DNA of 64,000 nucleotides from Cyanidioschyzon merolae (lineage: Eukaryota), in NCBI GenBank assembly GCA_000091205.1, contig AP006491.2. One strand, 5' to 3'. The notes beneath the pieces are model-generated. The model was not told the origin of the DNA. It did not search any database and saw only the letters and a program-made list of their open reading frames with translations. Numbering within the stretch: the stretch's first letter is position 1; each line of letters opens with the position of its first letter. Both the position numbers and the translations under genes were made by a program. Below, one piece after another: positions 52,879 through 64,000 of this stretch.

Positions 52879-54675
52879 CTAGATGTTGATGTTGAACGAC
52901 ACACCAAGGTTCCCGGGCCCGACTCCGCTCGTGAACCCGTTCGGGCCCAGCAGACCCGCCTGCTCATCGGGTACCATGCTCAGCTGGACCTGCGTCCGGC
53001 CCTGCTGATGCAGCAGCGACATGTTCACATTCGTATCCGGAGGCCGGTACGCCAGCCCAATGTTCCAGTTGCCGAGCGCACCACCATACTGCTGCTGCTG
53101 AACCGCCTGCAGCTGCGCCTGCTGCAGCTGCATGTACTGCATTGCCTGACGCTGCTGCTCAGCCGCCTGGATCTGCACGTGAATAAGCTGCTTCCGCCGT
53201 GCAGAGATCTCCGCCATGGTCTGCTGCAGGTCGCTACGCTCATTCGCATAGGACCAGTCGGATCCGGGCCGCACGCTCTCCTCCGCCTCGCGCTGGAAAA
53301 GCGCATCCGCTGTGTAGAACGCAAAGTCGCCAGGAATCTCCTCAGATGAAGACGCAGTCTTAAAGTGCTGCAGCGCGTTCTCCCGAATTATCTGCAGCTG
53401 CTTCAGGAACAGCGACTGCAACGACGCATCGAGCACAGTCTCGAGCTCCGCCAGTTTCCGCTCGCGCACTTCAGTTCCCGCATACGCCTCCGTAGCCGAT
53501 TCAAAGCCACTCAGGTACTTTTGCAGAAGCTCCTCCGCCCGGCGTCCAAAACCACTGATCTTCTCGCCCTCGTCCAGTTGACTCGCAAGCTCCCCGAGCT
53601 CCTCGGCGCTGTTCCGAAGCGCCTCGGAGAAAGCGGCATCGCAGTGATACGCTGCTGCCAGTGCCTCTGGCGTGAGCGCTTCCCCAGCGGCTCCTTCATC
53701 CGCCGCCGCCGCCGCCGCCGCCGCCGTAGCGACACGCATGGCCAGCGGCTTCGCAGCACGCATCGCCCCAGCGGGCTGTGCACGAATGCCCTCCCAGAGG
53801 CGTCGACTGAAGGCACCGAATCCATCCGCAGGCAGACCCTTGCTGTATTGCGAGGACAGCAGGCCGCCATCGCCACTGCCACTGCCACTGCCGTCTAGGA
53901 GGTCCCGCCGCAGACGCTGCACAGCGGCGTCGTAGGCTGAACGCGACGTGCGCGGCGACGGCAGCAGAGCTACGCGCAGCTCGAGGGCAGCGCGCAGCGC
54001 CTCCACCGAGTGACTCGCTGCTGTCGGTGCTGATGCTGCTCCGTCGCCGATTTCGCGCTGCCAGTGCTCCTCGGCGTCCAGCCAGAGAGACTCCGCGATC
54101 AACGATGCAGTGCTCTCGGTGGTATCCGCGTCCGCGCCCGTATCCGCGTCTGCGTCGCGCACCACGAACACAACGCAGGTGCGCAGGAGAGGGCCCTCCG
54201 CGTGAGCCAACTCGCGCACGATCGTGCTCAAGTACCACTGTGGGTCTGCGTCGTAGCGTCCCAGGTCGTGGTACCAGACGTTGCACAGAACAACATCGGA
54301 CACACTGGACACGTAGCGGAGGCAGCGCTCCTGCAGCTGCTGCCCCGTCGCGCCTCCGTCCCCGCCGTCGATCTCCAGCACCAGAAGCGTCTCCTGGTTT
54401 GCTGCCAGTGCTGCAGAGACGCCGCGGGTCTTCCAGCGCCGACGCTCAGTCGCCCGCGCGTGCGACACCGCGAAACGCGTCCCGAAAATGTCATTCAAGA
54501 GACTCGACTTGCCTGATAGCGGGCTCCCGATGCACCCGACGACACGATAGCATTCAGCGCCGACATCGAGCTCGCTTGGGAACCAGGGCGTGCGCTCCAG
54601 CATCACGCCATGTTCATCAATGATCTGCAGCACGCCCGCTGGCGCACTGGCAGATTGCGCTGTTCCGTTGCTCAT
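52879..54675 (-). CDS. RHD3/Sey1-type (GB1/RHD3) dynamin-like GTPase lacking the C-terminal TM hairpin
   Basis: LQIIDEHG, then GSPLSGKSSLLNDIFGTRFAV (P-loop), then LLVLEIDGGDGG, then ERCLRYVSSVSDVVLCNVWYHDLGRYDA is collinear with Sey1/RHD3. The C-terminus is Q/A-rich (QQQYGG, poly-Ala from the GCC repeat) and has no hydrophobic segment. Confidence 0.7.
   Translation of the reverse strand: MSNGTAQSASAPAGVLQIIDEHGVMLERTPWFPSELDVGAECYRVVGCIGSPLSGKSSLLNDIFGTRFAVSHARATERRRWKTRGVSAALAANQETLLVLEIDGGDGGATGQQLQERCLRYVSSVSDVVLCNVWYHDLGRYDADPQWYLSTIVRELAHAEGPLLRTCVVFVVRDADADTGADADTTESTASLIAESLWLDAEEHWQREIGDGAASAPTAASHSVEALRAALELRVALLPSPRTSRSAYDAAVQRLRRDLLDGSGSGSGDGGLLSSQYSKGLPADGFGAFSRRLWEGIRAQPAGAMRAAKPLAMRVATAAAAAAAADEGAAGEALTPEALAAAYHCDAAFSEALRNSAEELGELASQLDEGEKISGFGRRAEELLQKYLSGFESATEAYAGTEVRERKLAELETVLDASLQSLFLKQLQIIRENALQHFKTASSSEEIPGDFAFYTADALFQREAEESVRPGSDWSYANERSDLQQTMAEISARRKQLIHVQIQAAEQQRQAMQYMQLQQAQLQAVQQQQYGGALGNWNIGLAYRPPDTNVNMSLLHQQGRTQVQLSMVPDEQAGLLGPNGFTSGVGPGNLGVSFNINI
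53700..53726. repeat. (GCC)n microsatellite inside the RHD3-like CDS (encodes poly-Ala on the minus strand)
   Basis: The run cgccgccgccgccgccgccgccgccg was read directly. Confidence 0.9.
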
Positions 54676-56370
54676 GGGCAGTGTTCAATGCTTCGCTGAA
54701 GGCACCTGGTGTCCCCACAGTTCAGCTCTGTACCGTATGAGGCTTTGTAAAGACTTGACTCCGATCCACTGTGAAGTGTATTCGGTTGGGTTCCGGGCGC
54801 AGCACTGCGTGGGACGCCGTCCGCGTTTCCAGCTGTGTACGCGTTTCTAGCCACAAGAGCGCTGCTCGCCACGGTAGTGACTCCGGTTAGGCGCGAGGTG
54901 ACAGCACGTGCGCACGTTTGGTGTTATTTGGGCAGAGTTCCCGTCAGCAGGCTGCTGTGCCTTTAGGGCTGGGCCTTCTGGCTGCGCTGCAAACCCAACA
55001 GGAAGCTGAACTGCCGCAGTGCGCTCGAGTACGCCTAGGTCGTTGCGGTGCGCGCCGGCGTGTGCTGCTCGCGCTCAGGGTAGTTGCCGTAGACCGCGCT
55101 GGAAACCAACTAGGCACGCGCCTCGTCGTCCTTCTACTCGCAGGGGCCTCCTACCGCACTGCGCTTCTCGCTCGCGCTGCAGACTCGGGTAGGGTTCCGC
55201 GGCGCCGTGCTCAGAATTCGCACAGGCTATGAAACCTTGGTGCCTGAGAGCACGAACCTGTCTCCAGATGCGGTCGGGGCTCACCGGCTCAACGCGCTGG
55301 TGCTTTCCTCTCTTGTGGGTGCGCGCACGCGTAACTGGTCAATAGTGCTCGCAAGGCGTGTTGGTATGCAGCCCCTTCAAACTCCCCGTTTCACCGGGCA
55401 GAGACTCGGACTCGCTCACGCGTTTATGATCTGCGTACCACGGGCAAAGCGTCGAGTTGCACGCGCACCTAGCGCTCGAAGCTATCTATAAGAAAAGAAT
55501 GTTCACGACACAGCGCGACGCTAACGGCGACGTCCTGCAGCCTGGAGTCGTCTGCGCGCAGCCAGCGGTCATTTGGCGACGGCGGGGCGGGCGACGCGGC
55601 GGCTGCGCGCTGGTGCAGCGCCCTGCTGGTGTCCGTATTGTCGCAGAGCGCAATCGCCGCACCAGCGCAAGGCGCGCGCATCCCAGCGGCAGTGCACGCC
55701 ATCACTCAGGCAGGCAACCTGGCGCATCGTGCAGCGCACCCAGCGGCAGCGCACGTCTGTTGCCCATCCAGCTCGCTGAGCCTGTGAACGGCCAGGCCGC
55801 ATGCCGGACGCTTCGGGCGCGCGCCTCTCGCGATTCGCACGAGCGTTCCGTTTCGACGCGAGACGTCGACACTCGCGTCAGCACACGGTGAATTCCGCGT
55901 ACTGGACAGCATAAGGAGACGCTCGCTCTCGCTTGCTGGAGCCGTGTGCAGCGCACAAGTTGCGCAGCAGAAGAGCTGTCTTGTACAGACCGAGACAATA
56001 TCCGATACGTCGAGCAAGCCACAGAGCTGCCGGAAATACACAACGAGGAAGCAGTGTCGCGAGCTGTTATAGCGCTACACCTGACACGTCGAGCCTCGGG
56101 GGTGCTACGACCTGCACGAGGGCAACGACGGCGCACGGCATAACAAGCACGGGTAGACGGGTGCTGGGCACGTTCGGCTTGCTGCGACGCTGGTAGGAAC
56201 CGAACGGGGTGCTCGTACTCGCACCGCTCGCCACTCAGGGTCGCGATCGACACGAGAAGCGCCCACAGGGGAAACGATGGCACCACGAGCGCTGGACGCA
56301 TCGTCGGTGATCTCGGAACCGCTGACACTGCCGCTGACGGGCCGCGCCGCACGAGACCGGGACGCACTCT

Positions 56371-57531
56371 TTGGAGCAAGCGCGGGCACTGCGCCTAACC
56401 CTGCGCCTGTGTCGAGGCGCAAGCAGCCAGTCGCTGGTGCGGAGAAGCGCCCCGCGGCCCGGCCGACCGTTGAACGGAGCCGCTGATGCGGCCGTTCGCG
56501 GGCTGGAAGTCGCAGGGGAAGCGGCTCCACCTTCCACATTCGCAGCAAGCACCAGTGCGCCGGACGCCGAGCTGTTGCAGAGCCGCCAAACTCAGGTTGA
56601 GCAGCTGCGGCGCCAGGCTACGGACGCTGCGCTGCGGGGGCGTCAGTCATCGCGCCGGGCGCTGCAGCTTGCACGAGAGGCGCGAGCGATAGGCGTCGAC
56701 GTTACCATGAGGCTGGGCGAGCAGGACGAACAGCTGGATCGCGTGCAAAACGATCTGGACGAGATTCACGGCCACCTGACGCACAGCGACGAAATCATTC
56801 ACGACATGCAGAGTTTCTGGAAGAAGATGTGGCCTTGGGCGCGCGATCGGAATCGGCGGCACGAGCGCTACGCCCCGGTGCTGGGGGCAGACGGGCCCTC
56901 GACGTCAGCGACGCGGCACGAGATTGCATGCCTGCAGCGCCAGCGCGAGGCGGGGACACTGAACCTGCGGGAACGGCCGCCAGCTGCTTGCTCGTCTGAG
57001 CGTTCGGCGGATGAAGCGCGAGCAGCTGACGATGCGCAGGTCGGGTCATCGCCAGGGTCGGTACCGGCGCACGCGCTTCTACAGGACGCGGTGGATGGCG
57101 AGGCGGCGTCGCTCGATGGCGACAGCGAGCGTCGGCGGGGTCTGCTCTCGTCGCTGCGGCGCGTAACGCGGCGGGTACGCGGCGTCGACGAGCCCGAGGA
57201 CCGTGTGCGGCGCGAGCGGGCTGCGCTGCTCGCAGAGGGTACCGCTCCGACGGCTGCTGCTGGTGCTGCGGCAGCGTCGCCTGCGGACGCAACCGAATGC
57301 GCGGATGCGTCTGCGCAGGCCTCGGCGGCGCCGTGGGAAGAGCACGTTCAGGCACAGGATCGGGACCTCGACGAGCTGAGCGTTGTGGTGTCGGACCTGC
57401 GGACGCTTGCAGTTGGCATCGGAGAGCAGGTGCGCCACCAGAGCACCAAGATCGACGTGATTTCGAAGGACGTGGACTATGGGCGCGAGCGCATCCACGA
57501 GAATAACCGTCGCATTCGACGCATGCTCTAG
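56371..57531 (+). CDS. SNAP25/Sec9-family Qbc-SNARE-like protein (two SNARE motifs, no TM)
   Basis: The first heptad motif is LQLAREARAIGVDVTMRLGEQDEQLDRVQNDLDEIHGHLTHSDEIIHDM (Qb-like, central Q). The C-terminal motif is QDRDLDELSVVVSDLRTLAVGIGEQVRHQSTKIDVISKDVDYGRERIHENNRRIRRML (Qc-like). The start is uncertain, and in this GC-rich region all frames are open. Confidence 0.6.
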   Translation: MEQARALRLTLRLCRGASSQSLVRRSAPRPGRPLNGAADAAVRGLEVAGEAAPPSTFAASTSAPDAELLQSRQTQVEQLRRQATDAALRGRQSSRRALQLAREARAIGVDVTMRLGEQDEQLDRVQNDLDEIHGHLTHSDEIIHDMQSFWKKMWPWARDRNRRHERYAPVLGADGPSTSATRHEIACLQRQREAGTLNLRERPPAACSSERSADEARAADDAQVGSSPGSVPAHALLQDAVDGEAASLDGDSERRRGLLSSLRRVTRRVRGVDEPEDRVRRERAALLAEGTAPTAAAGAAAASPADATECADASAQASAAPWEEHVQAQDRDLDELSVVVSDLRTLAVGIGEQVRHQSTKIDVISKDVDYGRERIHENNRRIRRML

Positions 57532-60500
57532 AGCTACGGATGTGGCGGCAGCGAATGCCGCCGCCACTGCCGCCGCCGCCGCCTGGACGCACGCACGCAC
57601 GCAGGTGTCTGTTCGTGTGCGCGGTGCGTGCGATCGAGGCCTGTATGTGAGGCCGGCGAGCGCTGCTGTTGTGTTTGACGGGAAGCGCGAAGCGCTGCAT
57701 GCGCGCAGCGCCTCATCGATCTCATCGAACGATGGACAGGCGCGCTTGCGCACTGTACGCCAATGCGGGAGATGGAGGATGAGCGGTGAGGCCAGGAGCG
57801 CCTCGGTGTCTTCGGGGTGCGTCTGGGGTGCAGAGCTGCGAGGCAAGCGGCTGGCGCGTCCAACGCGAGATCGTTGTGTGTCAGTGTCGGGCGTTTCGTG
57901 GCGTGACTTGGCGGTGCTTCAGGGAGTTATCCACGTGCGAGGTATCCGTTGTCGATCGGCGGAGGACGCTGGTTCTGGTTCGCGCTTCTCTCTGTGCGTC
58001 ACTGAGACAGGGGGCGGTACTGCATGGCATCGATATTTAATACCTGGATTGGCTGAATCACTTGAAATGAACTTCTGACCTGGCATTAGTCTGTGCGCCT
58101 CCAGTCCTGTTTGATAGACCATGATTGAATTGGATCCGATGTGAATGGGCAGAAGTGACTGACTCTATGAAGTTAATGATAAGACCTCACCCGCTGATCG
58201 AAGTTTTCGGTCAGTGAACACAGTATCTGTTCTAGCGGGGGGTCTTATGGGTTGAAATATACTCTGAGGAGTGAATTCCGGACCGAATGTAGCAGCACGT
58301 CCTCTTTGATTTTTATGTGTCTCTTTCGCAGGTATCCGACATAAGGAAAGTGTCACGCGGGCTGGAGAAAGGTCGCGGGACGTTTTATGCTGTTACTGCT
58401 AGTTTGCGAGAAAACATTCTTACTTGTCTATATCAGTTATTCAACGCTGAGTAGCTGGATAATCCACTCTTCTCGTCGTCCCTGTTCCGAACGTCGTGCA
58501 CCCAAAACGGTGCTTGACAGACGCGATCTACTCGACCCTATCATCGTCGATCCATTCTACGCCGTAACTTCTCTACGAAATGCGACTAGACAAGCCACAG
58601 GATGGCACGTTGCTGTACGGTCCGTGCGAACAGTAATGAAGTGCCACGGATGGATGAAGAACGAAGCGCGACTCTAGAGGAGAACACTGCGCGTTGAACA
58701 GCACGCCAGCGATTTAGCACGGAAACGCGAACGCGTATGCCGGGATTGACCGATGTTTGTCTCGGTCACCCTCGATGGGAGATTATGATGGGGGTCTATG
58801 TGGTATTCCTCCATATGCGTAATGCAAGACAGGGGCTAACCAGTATCCGTCAAGAAGAGACAAACAGCGTGCATGACAACGACACAAGTCCTACTGGCTT
58901 TGCTATCATCGTGTGGTCACTTCCATATCGCCAAACGGACTAGTCCGTTCAACACCTCGTGCACCATCGAAACAGTGTTTGGCTTCACCGCCTCACGCAT
59001 GCTTTTGTCCTGCTCTTTGACAACGTCGGTTTTCATCGCTCATGAGCGTTCAGGGCGCACACCGCTGGGGCTGCTGTTCAGCTGCGCTTCATACCAGCAT
59101 CGATATCCGGGTTCAAGGCAGTCGAAGGCGTCATCTGTGTTGCGGAGCGTCTTTTGCGGACTGGTGGATCAATAGACGAGTCGTTCGGATCTGTGGCCCC
59201 GTTCTTCGACGAATCTTTCTGTACGAGCCTCACCAGCGCTGAACAGCTCTGCTGCTCGTATGCTGTTGCGCAGCAGGGGGCGGAAAGGCGCGCGTCGGTC
59301 CGCGAGCACACTCGCGACAACGAAGGCGACCACGAGGTGCATAAGGAGAAATAGACGCACACGTCGATAGGAAGTGTGGGCTTCAATTCCGCCGCCCACC
59401 GTGTGCGTATGGACTCTCAGGGAAAAAACGTAGACGAACTGCCGCGAACGCCTGTTTGTTGTCGCACCAAGTTTCGGCGAAGGACAGGATACCAGGGACA
59501 CGGAGGTGAACGGTCCTCCAGAAGAGACGGCGAGCAGGTACCGGAAACAGACACCTCTGGAGCGGAAAGTCGAGTCTGAGCCGAACACCACGGCCGCAGT
59601 ACCGAACACACATCGTTTGGGAGGATCTCCCAGACAGTGCGGTGCAGGGTGCCTTGGCTAGTCGCGTGGCGTCTTTCTAGGATACGGTAGGCCTAGTGTC
59701 TCTCGCTTTGACGCCCCTCGTCAAGCAGTAGTTTGTTGGAGTTCCGGATGCGAGGCTGAGCTGCCAGCGATGCACATTCTGCGGGAATACTTGAATCCAA
59801 CCTTCGTGCGACGACACAGCTGGTACTCGGGACACAAGATGCACTGGGGCCTGATCGTGGAATCCGAGGACACCACAAACGCTTCCCAGCAAATACCCTG
59901 AGGTGTCGCTGCGCCAGTTCGGCGCTCGTGATATCGTCAGCGCAGGAGCAGAAACGTATGAGAAAATTACCGTCTAACGAACCGGAATCGTATGCGAGTC
60001 CGAGTCGAGCGCTGCATGAGGCGCATACTGTGTCCGTTGGGCCCGCTGTAGCTTCGCTTTACGAGTGGCGAAAATTGGGGACGGACACGAGCGGTATTTG
60101 GAGTGCGGCTGGAGACTGCGGACGAGCTGGCGGTGGCGGAAGAAGCCGAAGCTGTAGCGAGTGCGGAAGCGATCTCGCAAGGAGCGCGAGACTCGCTTCA
60201 GAGTGTCGGAGCATATCGAGTTAGTCTTGGCCTCGAGGTTACGGAAGTCGTACCTGGGGGCTGGTTGGAACGTGATGTCTGTCTGCGTTTCATCGTGGGG
60301 TAGAAGGTTTTCCGGAACAAAGCCCTGCAGAGCAAAGCCGACTACCTCATCGAGTGCGAGCGCCCTAGCCGCCTCAAGCATCTATCTGGTGTGATCCGCG
60401 TATCTCAGATCAAGGCGCATGACCGCACCGTAGACGCCCGTAGAGTGTATGACGGCAGGGATGAGCGACCACTGGTCTCTGAAGGCTGTGACGACACATG

Positions 60501-61020
60501 GAAACAGCTTTGCGAAGAGCGTCGGCCGATGTTGTCCAAAGCTTGTGGTTTGCAGGCAGGGCACGGGAAGCAGTTTACGGGGATGATGAAGTCCGACGGA
60601 ACATCAATCTGGGTGCGCTTTGTGAAACCTATAAAACTCTTGAAATTGTTGAAACCCGCGAAACCTAGATCTGTGCCGAGCAGCGATAATAATTCCGAGC
60701 CGTTCGAGGCGGATGAAGAGGACGACTCTGTAGCGGGCTTCGATTCTAGGTCGAGGTCGCTCGTAGTCGTTGCGGTATCTCCGAAAAGGAAGCAGACAGC
60801 GCCCAGATTCTGAACGGAAAACGAGTGACGCCGCTTAGTTTTTCCAGAGCTCATAATTCACGGGAGTCAGGTTCCATGGACAAGAGGAGTCATCCCCACA
60901 AATTGAATGACGGCATCAGGACCCGTTTTTGCGTGCCGAGCACCGTGCCGTGCAGAGGCGAATGCTCCGCACGCGGTTTTCAGAGCGTCCATGTGCGTGC
61001 GGACGACACTCAGCAAGCGA

Positions 61021-61120
61021 GCATGAGCATAATCATAAATATAAATAAGCTTGAGCACGAGCACGAGCACGAGCAAAAGCATGAGCATAATCATAAATAT
61101 AAATAAGCTTGAGCACGAGC
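61021..61120. repeat. 58-bp tandem duplication (1.7 copies)
   Basis: gcatgagcataatcataaatataaataagcttgagcacgagc occurs at 61021 and again at 61079. Confidence 0.85.
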
Positions 61121-62324
61121 TTGAGCTTGCACTGAGGCCGCCAACGATTTCGGTTGAACGGAGGCAAGCAGCGTGCACTCTCCTACTCTTTCACTGACTT
61201 GGCAACGTAACTGACCGATACTTCGCGTCGCGTGGTATGGTGGAGGTCGTGTATTGCGCGGCATGTTCTGTAGCACGCAATGGTTGCCCGCCTGCTCGCT
61301 CGATGGAGGCGCGCAACAAGTGGAGGCACCGATTCTGCTCGATTCTCGTTGATGCGCTCGGGACGGCATGTGTGCACGACGAGCACGAGTACACGCTGGA
61401 AAATATAGAGAGGAAGAGTGTGGAACGTTGATGGGCGCACGAGGTCTTGTGCGGGAAGTTTATCGAACGTCAGATGCCGAGCCAATCGCAGGCGTGATGC
61501 TCGCTATGATGCATCTCCATAAGCAAGGAGGCACGCGAGCACCCTCTGCACCACCGAGACGTCAACGCCTCGAAACAAGTCTGGAAATGTCTCGCGCTTG
61601 GGGACCATCCAACGACTGTGTGCTCGATGGAGCCTCCTGAGGGAGTCACTCTGCGCGCAGTGCGAGATTTGTGGTGAAACGCTGAGGAGCTCTGATGAAC
61701 AAGTCCGTGACCTGGAGAAAGGAGTTTTTTGATTCTCGCCTGGAGCAGAGCAGTGGTATTGAACTGTGCAGGAATGCAGAGAGCTCGGTATACCGCATAT
61801 TCAAGACCGCAACGGGTCTCCTGGGCAATTGTTGAAAGATAATGGTGGTCTGTTTGTCGATATCACAGAGTGTAATGTGAAGGATTCGAGAATCATGAAG
61901 GGTTTCCAAACATTTGGTCTGCATGGTGAGGTAAATTTAGCAGTATAGCTAAAGATCCAGAGGACTCCGCCACGAAAAACCGTCAGGACAGGATAACACC
62001 CCTCGCCGCTTGGGTCGTGGTTTTCTCCACACTTGATAAAAACGTTTGACGTTCTGTATCCTACATGGATCCGACGGGGGATTTCTTCGGAGTCTGTCCA
62101 CCACGGAAGGAGAATAGAAAAATAGAGCCCTCGAACGAAGAACGCATTCGGATGATCATCTCAATCAGTGGAATCAAGTCACAGAGGCAACGGATACAGA
62201 TCGGGCTTCCTCGGCAATCATGTTGCAGTCGCTGCGTACGGAATGCAATGCGCGTTGCAGCGCAGAACTGTTGCTGACGCGCATGGCACGTAGGAAGGAC
62301 CTCTGCGAGAAGCAATGCAAGGCT

Positions 62325-63293
62325 TCATGCCAATTCTTCTTTATCGCGAATCCAGCCCAACGAAGAAAGCAAACCAACGCTCGTAAATAGTCCTTTCCTC
62401 GAAGCACGTCCTCGACGCCCAACCCGCGGCAACACTCTTGTGATCATGTACACCGTGTACCCGACGTAGACTGCTAGACCTGCATAGGCTATAGCGCCGA
62501 AAGAATCCCGCGTTAGCGCTCCTTGGAGTAGCATTCCAACATGAACATTATAAAAGTCAAAGGGTGGTTCAAGCCAGGCTGCACATTGCGGGTCGCTCAG
62601 TAGTTCATTCGGCGCGATGGTAAGGCATCGCAATGTGCTTAGTTGCGTGACAGCACCCGCGAGCGCTAAAATTGTTGCCAAGGGCCTCCATAACAAAAAG
62701 AGGCGCTCTAAAGAGCGTCCCTGGGTTGCGGAGACTCTAATTTCTTCTTCGAGATCACGCCACCAAAATAATGAGATTGGGATCATTACTTGCGCGACAA
62801 GCGCCGTCAAAAAGCCTATTGGCTGTTGCGCGATGTTAAAGAAAACAGTCAGCATGAGCATAGAGCTCGCTTGCCAGTAGCCAACCATAAGTCGACGGAG
62901 CGCTTCATGCGCGTCATCTTGCGTGAAGCTGCCGAAAAAGATCCCCAGAGGCGCCACAACGAAAAGCGGCACGGCTAGCTCGAAGTCCAGCCATACGAGA
63001 GTGCGCAACGCCGCTGGAGTGGCCTCGTTCAGCACAGTCGCAATCACAGGAGCACCTAAGAGAGTTGCTCGCAGAGCACGCCCATTACGTGGGCCTATGC
63101 GTTTCCGCCTGGAATCCGCAGGAGTGTAACGCCAAGCTACAGATCTTCTCACCGGTGACGTGCGTGAGTTACACAAGCAAAGCTTTTGCTGTTTGTGTGC
63201 GCCGTCTGCAAAGCTAAGCTCCTTTCCCTCAAAAGCTTTCTGATAAGTTGCTGCACTAACGAAGAACACTCTTTGAATGAGGCTGTTTGACAT
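62325..63293 (-). CDS. Multi-pass membrane protein with basic N-terminal extension (unknown function)
   Basis: This is a 322-aa ORF with at least 5 hydrophobic segments (LLGAPVIATVL, LAVPLFVVAPLGIFFGSF, SSMLMLTVFFNIA, IGFLTALVAQVMIPISLFWW, ATILALAGAV, AIAYAGLAVYVGYTVYMI). The R/S-rich leader suggests organelle targeting. I did not recognise the family with confidence. Confidence 0.6.
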   Translation of the reverse strand: MSNSLIQRVFFVSAATYQKAFEGKELSFADGAHKQQKLCLCNSRTSPVRRSVAWRYTPADSRRKRIGPRNGRALRATLLGAPVIATVLNEATPAALRTLVWLDFELAVPLFVVAPLGIFFGSFTQDDAHEALRRLMVGYWQASSMLMLTVFFNIAQQPIGFLTALVAQVMIPISLFWWRDLEEEIRVSATQGRSLERLFLLWRPLATILALAGAVTQLSTLRCLTIAPNELLSDPQCAAWLEPPFDFYNVHVGMLLQGALTRDSFGAIAYAGLAVYVGYTVYMITRVLPRVGRRGRASRKGLFTSVGLLSSLGWIRDKEELA

Positions 63294-64000
63294 ATACAGC
63301 AGAGCAATCTGAGCTTTCTGTCGCGCAACACAGACAACGTCCTCTCTTTTCTGAAACTATTGCACTACATCAAACACATTGATCACTTGCTGATCCAAAG
63401 GGCCGGTACGGCGCCGTGCCTGCGGCCGTGAAACGCCATCCGCAGGCTGCGTACGCGCAATGTACCGAGTGCAATAGCAGTATGCCGATCCCGTCAGAGA
63501 AGAGGCTTTGCTCGTGATGCATATCGGTCGGGATTCTAGGTGAGTCGCTTCTCGGAAATCGATATGTTCGGAAGACTGGAGTGAGGACTTCCCGAGTGTA
63601 GGCGATCTTCATCGATGGCATGATGGCAACGCGACACGTGCCGATGCAGCGCCCGTATTCATGCCTGCGATACAAGACGGAGGCAGCAGCATGGATTGTA
63701 ATCACAGAGGCACGTGCTGCGTGTAGTTGGAGCTGTGTGAGATGGTTGGCTCAACCCCGGCCGTGAAGCTGCTCCATTTGGATCCCTTCGTTAGAATCTG
63801 CGGGATTAGAAAGATTCTTCATCGCAGTAACGTAAAATAGAGATCGGGAATCGCTGTGTAGCGGATTTTGCAACAACTCGCTTGCTGATTGTACACATAC
63901 TCATCGAGTTCAGATGTATACCTGCGCGGAGAAACGATGCATCCTGGAGTGCTATCGGCGTGCTCACCGCTGGAACCAGGCGCTCTCCGGGCCTGCGCTC

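Noticed and set aside
53365-57863. Many 100-300-aa ORFs, for example 53696..54286, 54027..54623, 55702..56379, 56795..57700 and 57079..57846.
   Set aside because: They lie in the GC-rich island, where stop codons are depleted in all frames. They are antisense to the RHD3-like or SNARE genes, or R/A/P-rich with no motif.
59974-60854. Two consecutive minus-strand ORFs (149 aa and 135 aa) that might form one gene.
   Set aside because: They are separated by a stop with no plausible GT..AG intron at the junction. I did not recognise a family. Left unannotated.
1-64000. Prokaryotic reading of the window (operons, defence islands, CRISPR arrays, IS elements with transposases).
   Set aside because: The gene content is unmistakably eukaryotic: 26S proteasome Rpt1, Derlin, SNARE, RMD5/CTLH, RHD3/Sey1 and AK6. 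I saw no CRISPR-like short direct-repeat array and no intact transposase.

Overview
This 64-kb window is compact, apparently intron-free eukaryotic nuclear DNA, not a prokaryotic locus. About 21 protein genes are supportable. Most are housekeeping genes: 26S proteasome Rpt1, YME1-type i-AAA protease, P5C reductase, Derlin, a Methyltransf_16 enzyme, plant/trypanosomatid-type PFK, AK6/Fap7, RMD5/GID2 RING subunit, GT90/CAP10 glycosyltransferase, bacterial-size MutL, RHD3/Sey1-type GTPase, SNAP25-type SNARE, DUF3228, DUF1499 and a MYCBP/AMY-1-like protein. Spacers between genes are as short as about 20-90 bp, and one gene pair overlaps tail-to-tail by 11 bp. Repeat islands lie between the gene blocks. 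Four things stand out. (1) Three families of frameshifted, cysteine-depleted TnpB/Fanzor-like (IS605 OrfB-type RuvC) nuclease relics are present, here called X1, X2 and Y, with about 12 relic copies in total. RuvC-III-like strings include SRDLNAATNIRRC, DRDFSTAMNIRRC, RNRDFNATISILRL, RNRDLSAAINMVRL and SRDLSSAIHILPLV. (2) Two near-perfect kb-scale inverted repeats each bracket housekeeping genes. Arms 9733-12294 and 15928-18489 bracket YME1. Arms 32042-34432 and 38153-40542 bracket AK6 and RMD5. Their geometry is very similar. (3) A roughly 5-kb GC-rich island lies at 52.9-58.0 kb. (4) A divergently transcribed pair of small paralogous membrane-anchored proteins shares the C-terminal motif ECAxxxRxLYRF[ST]C. 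I found no rRNA, no CRISPR array and no convincing tRNA by eye. All homology calls rest on motif recognition from memory; no database search, HMM run or computed identity was possible.
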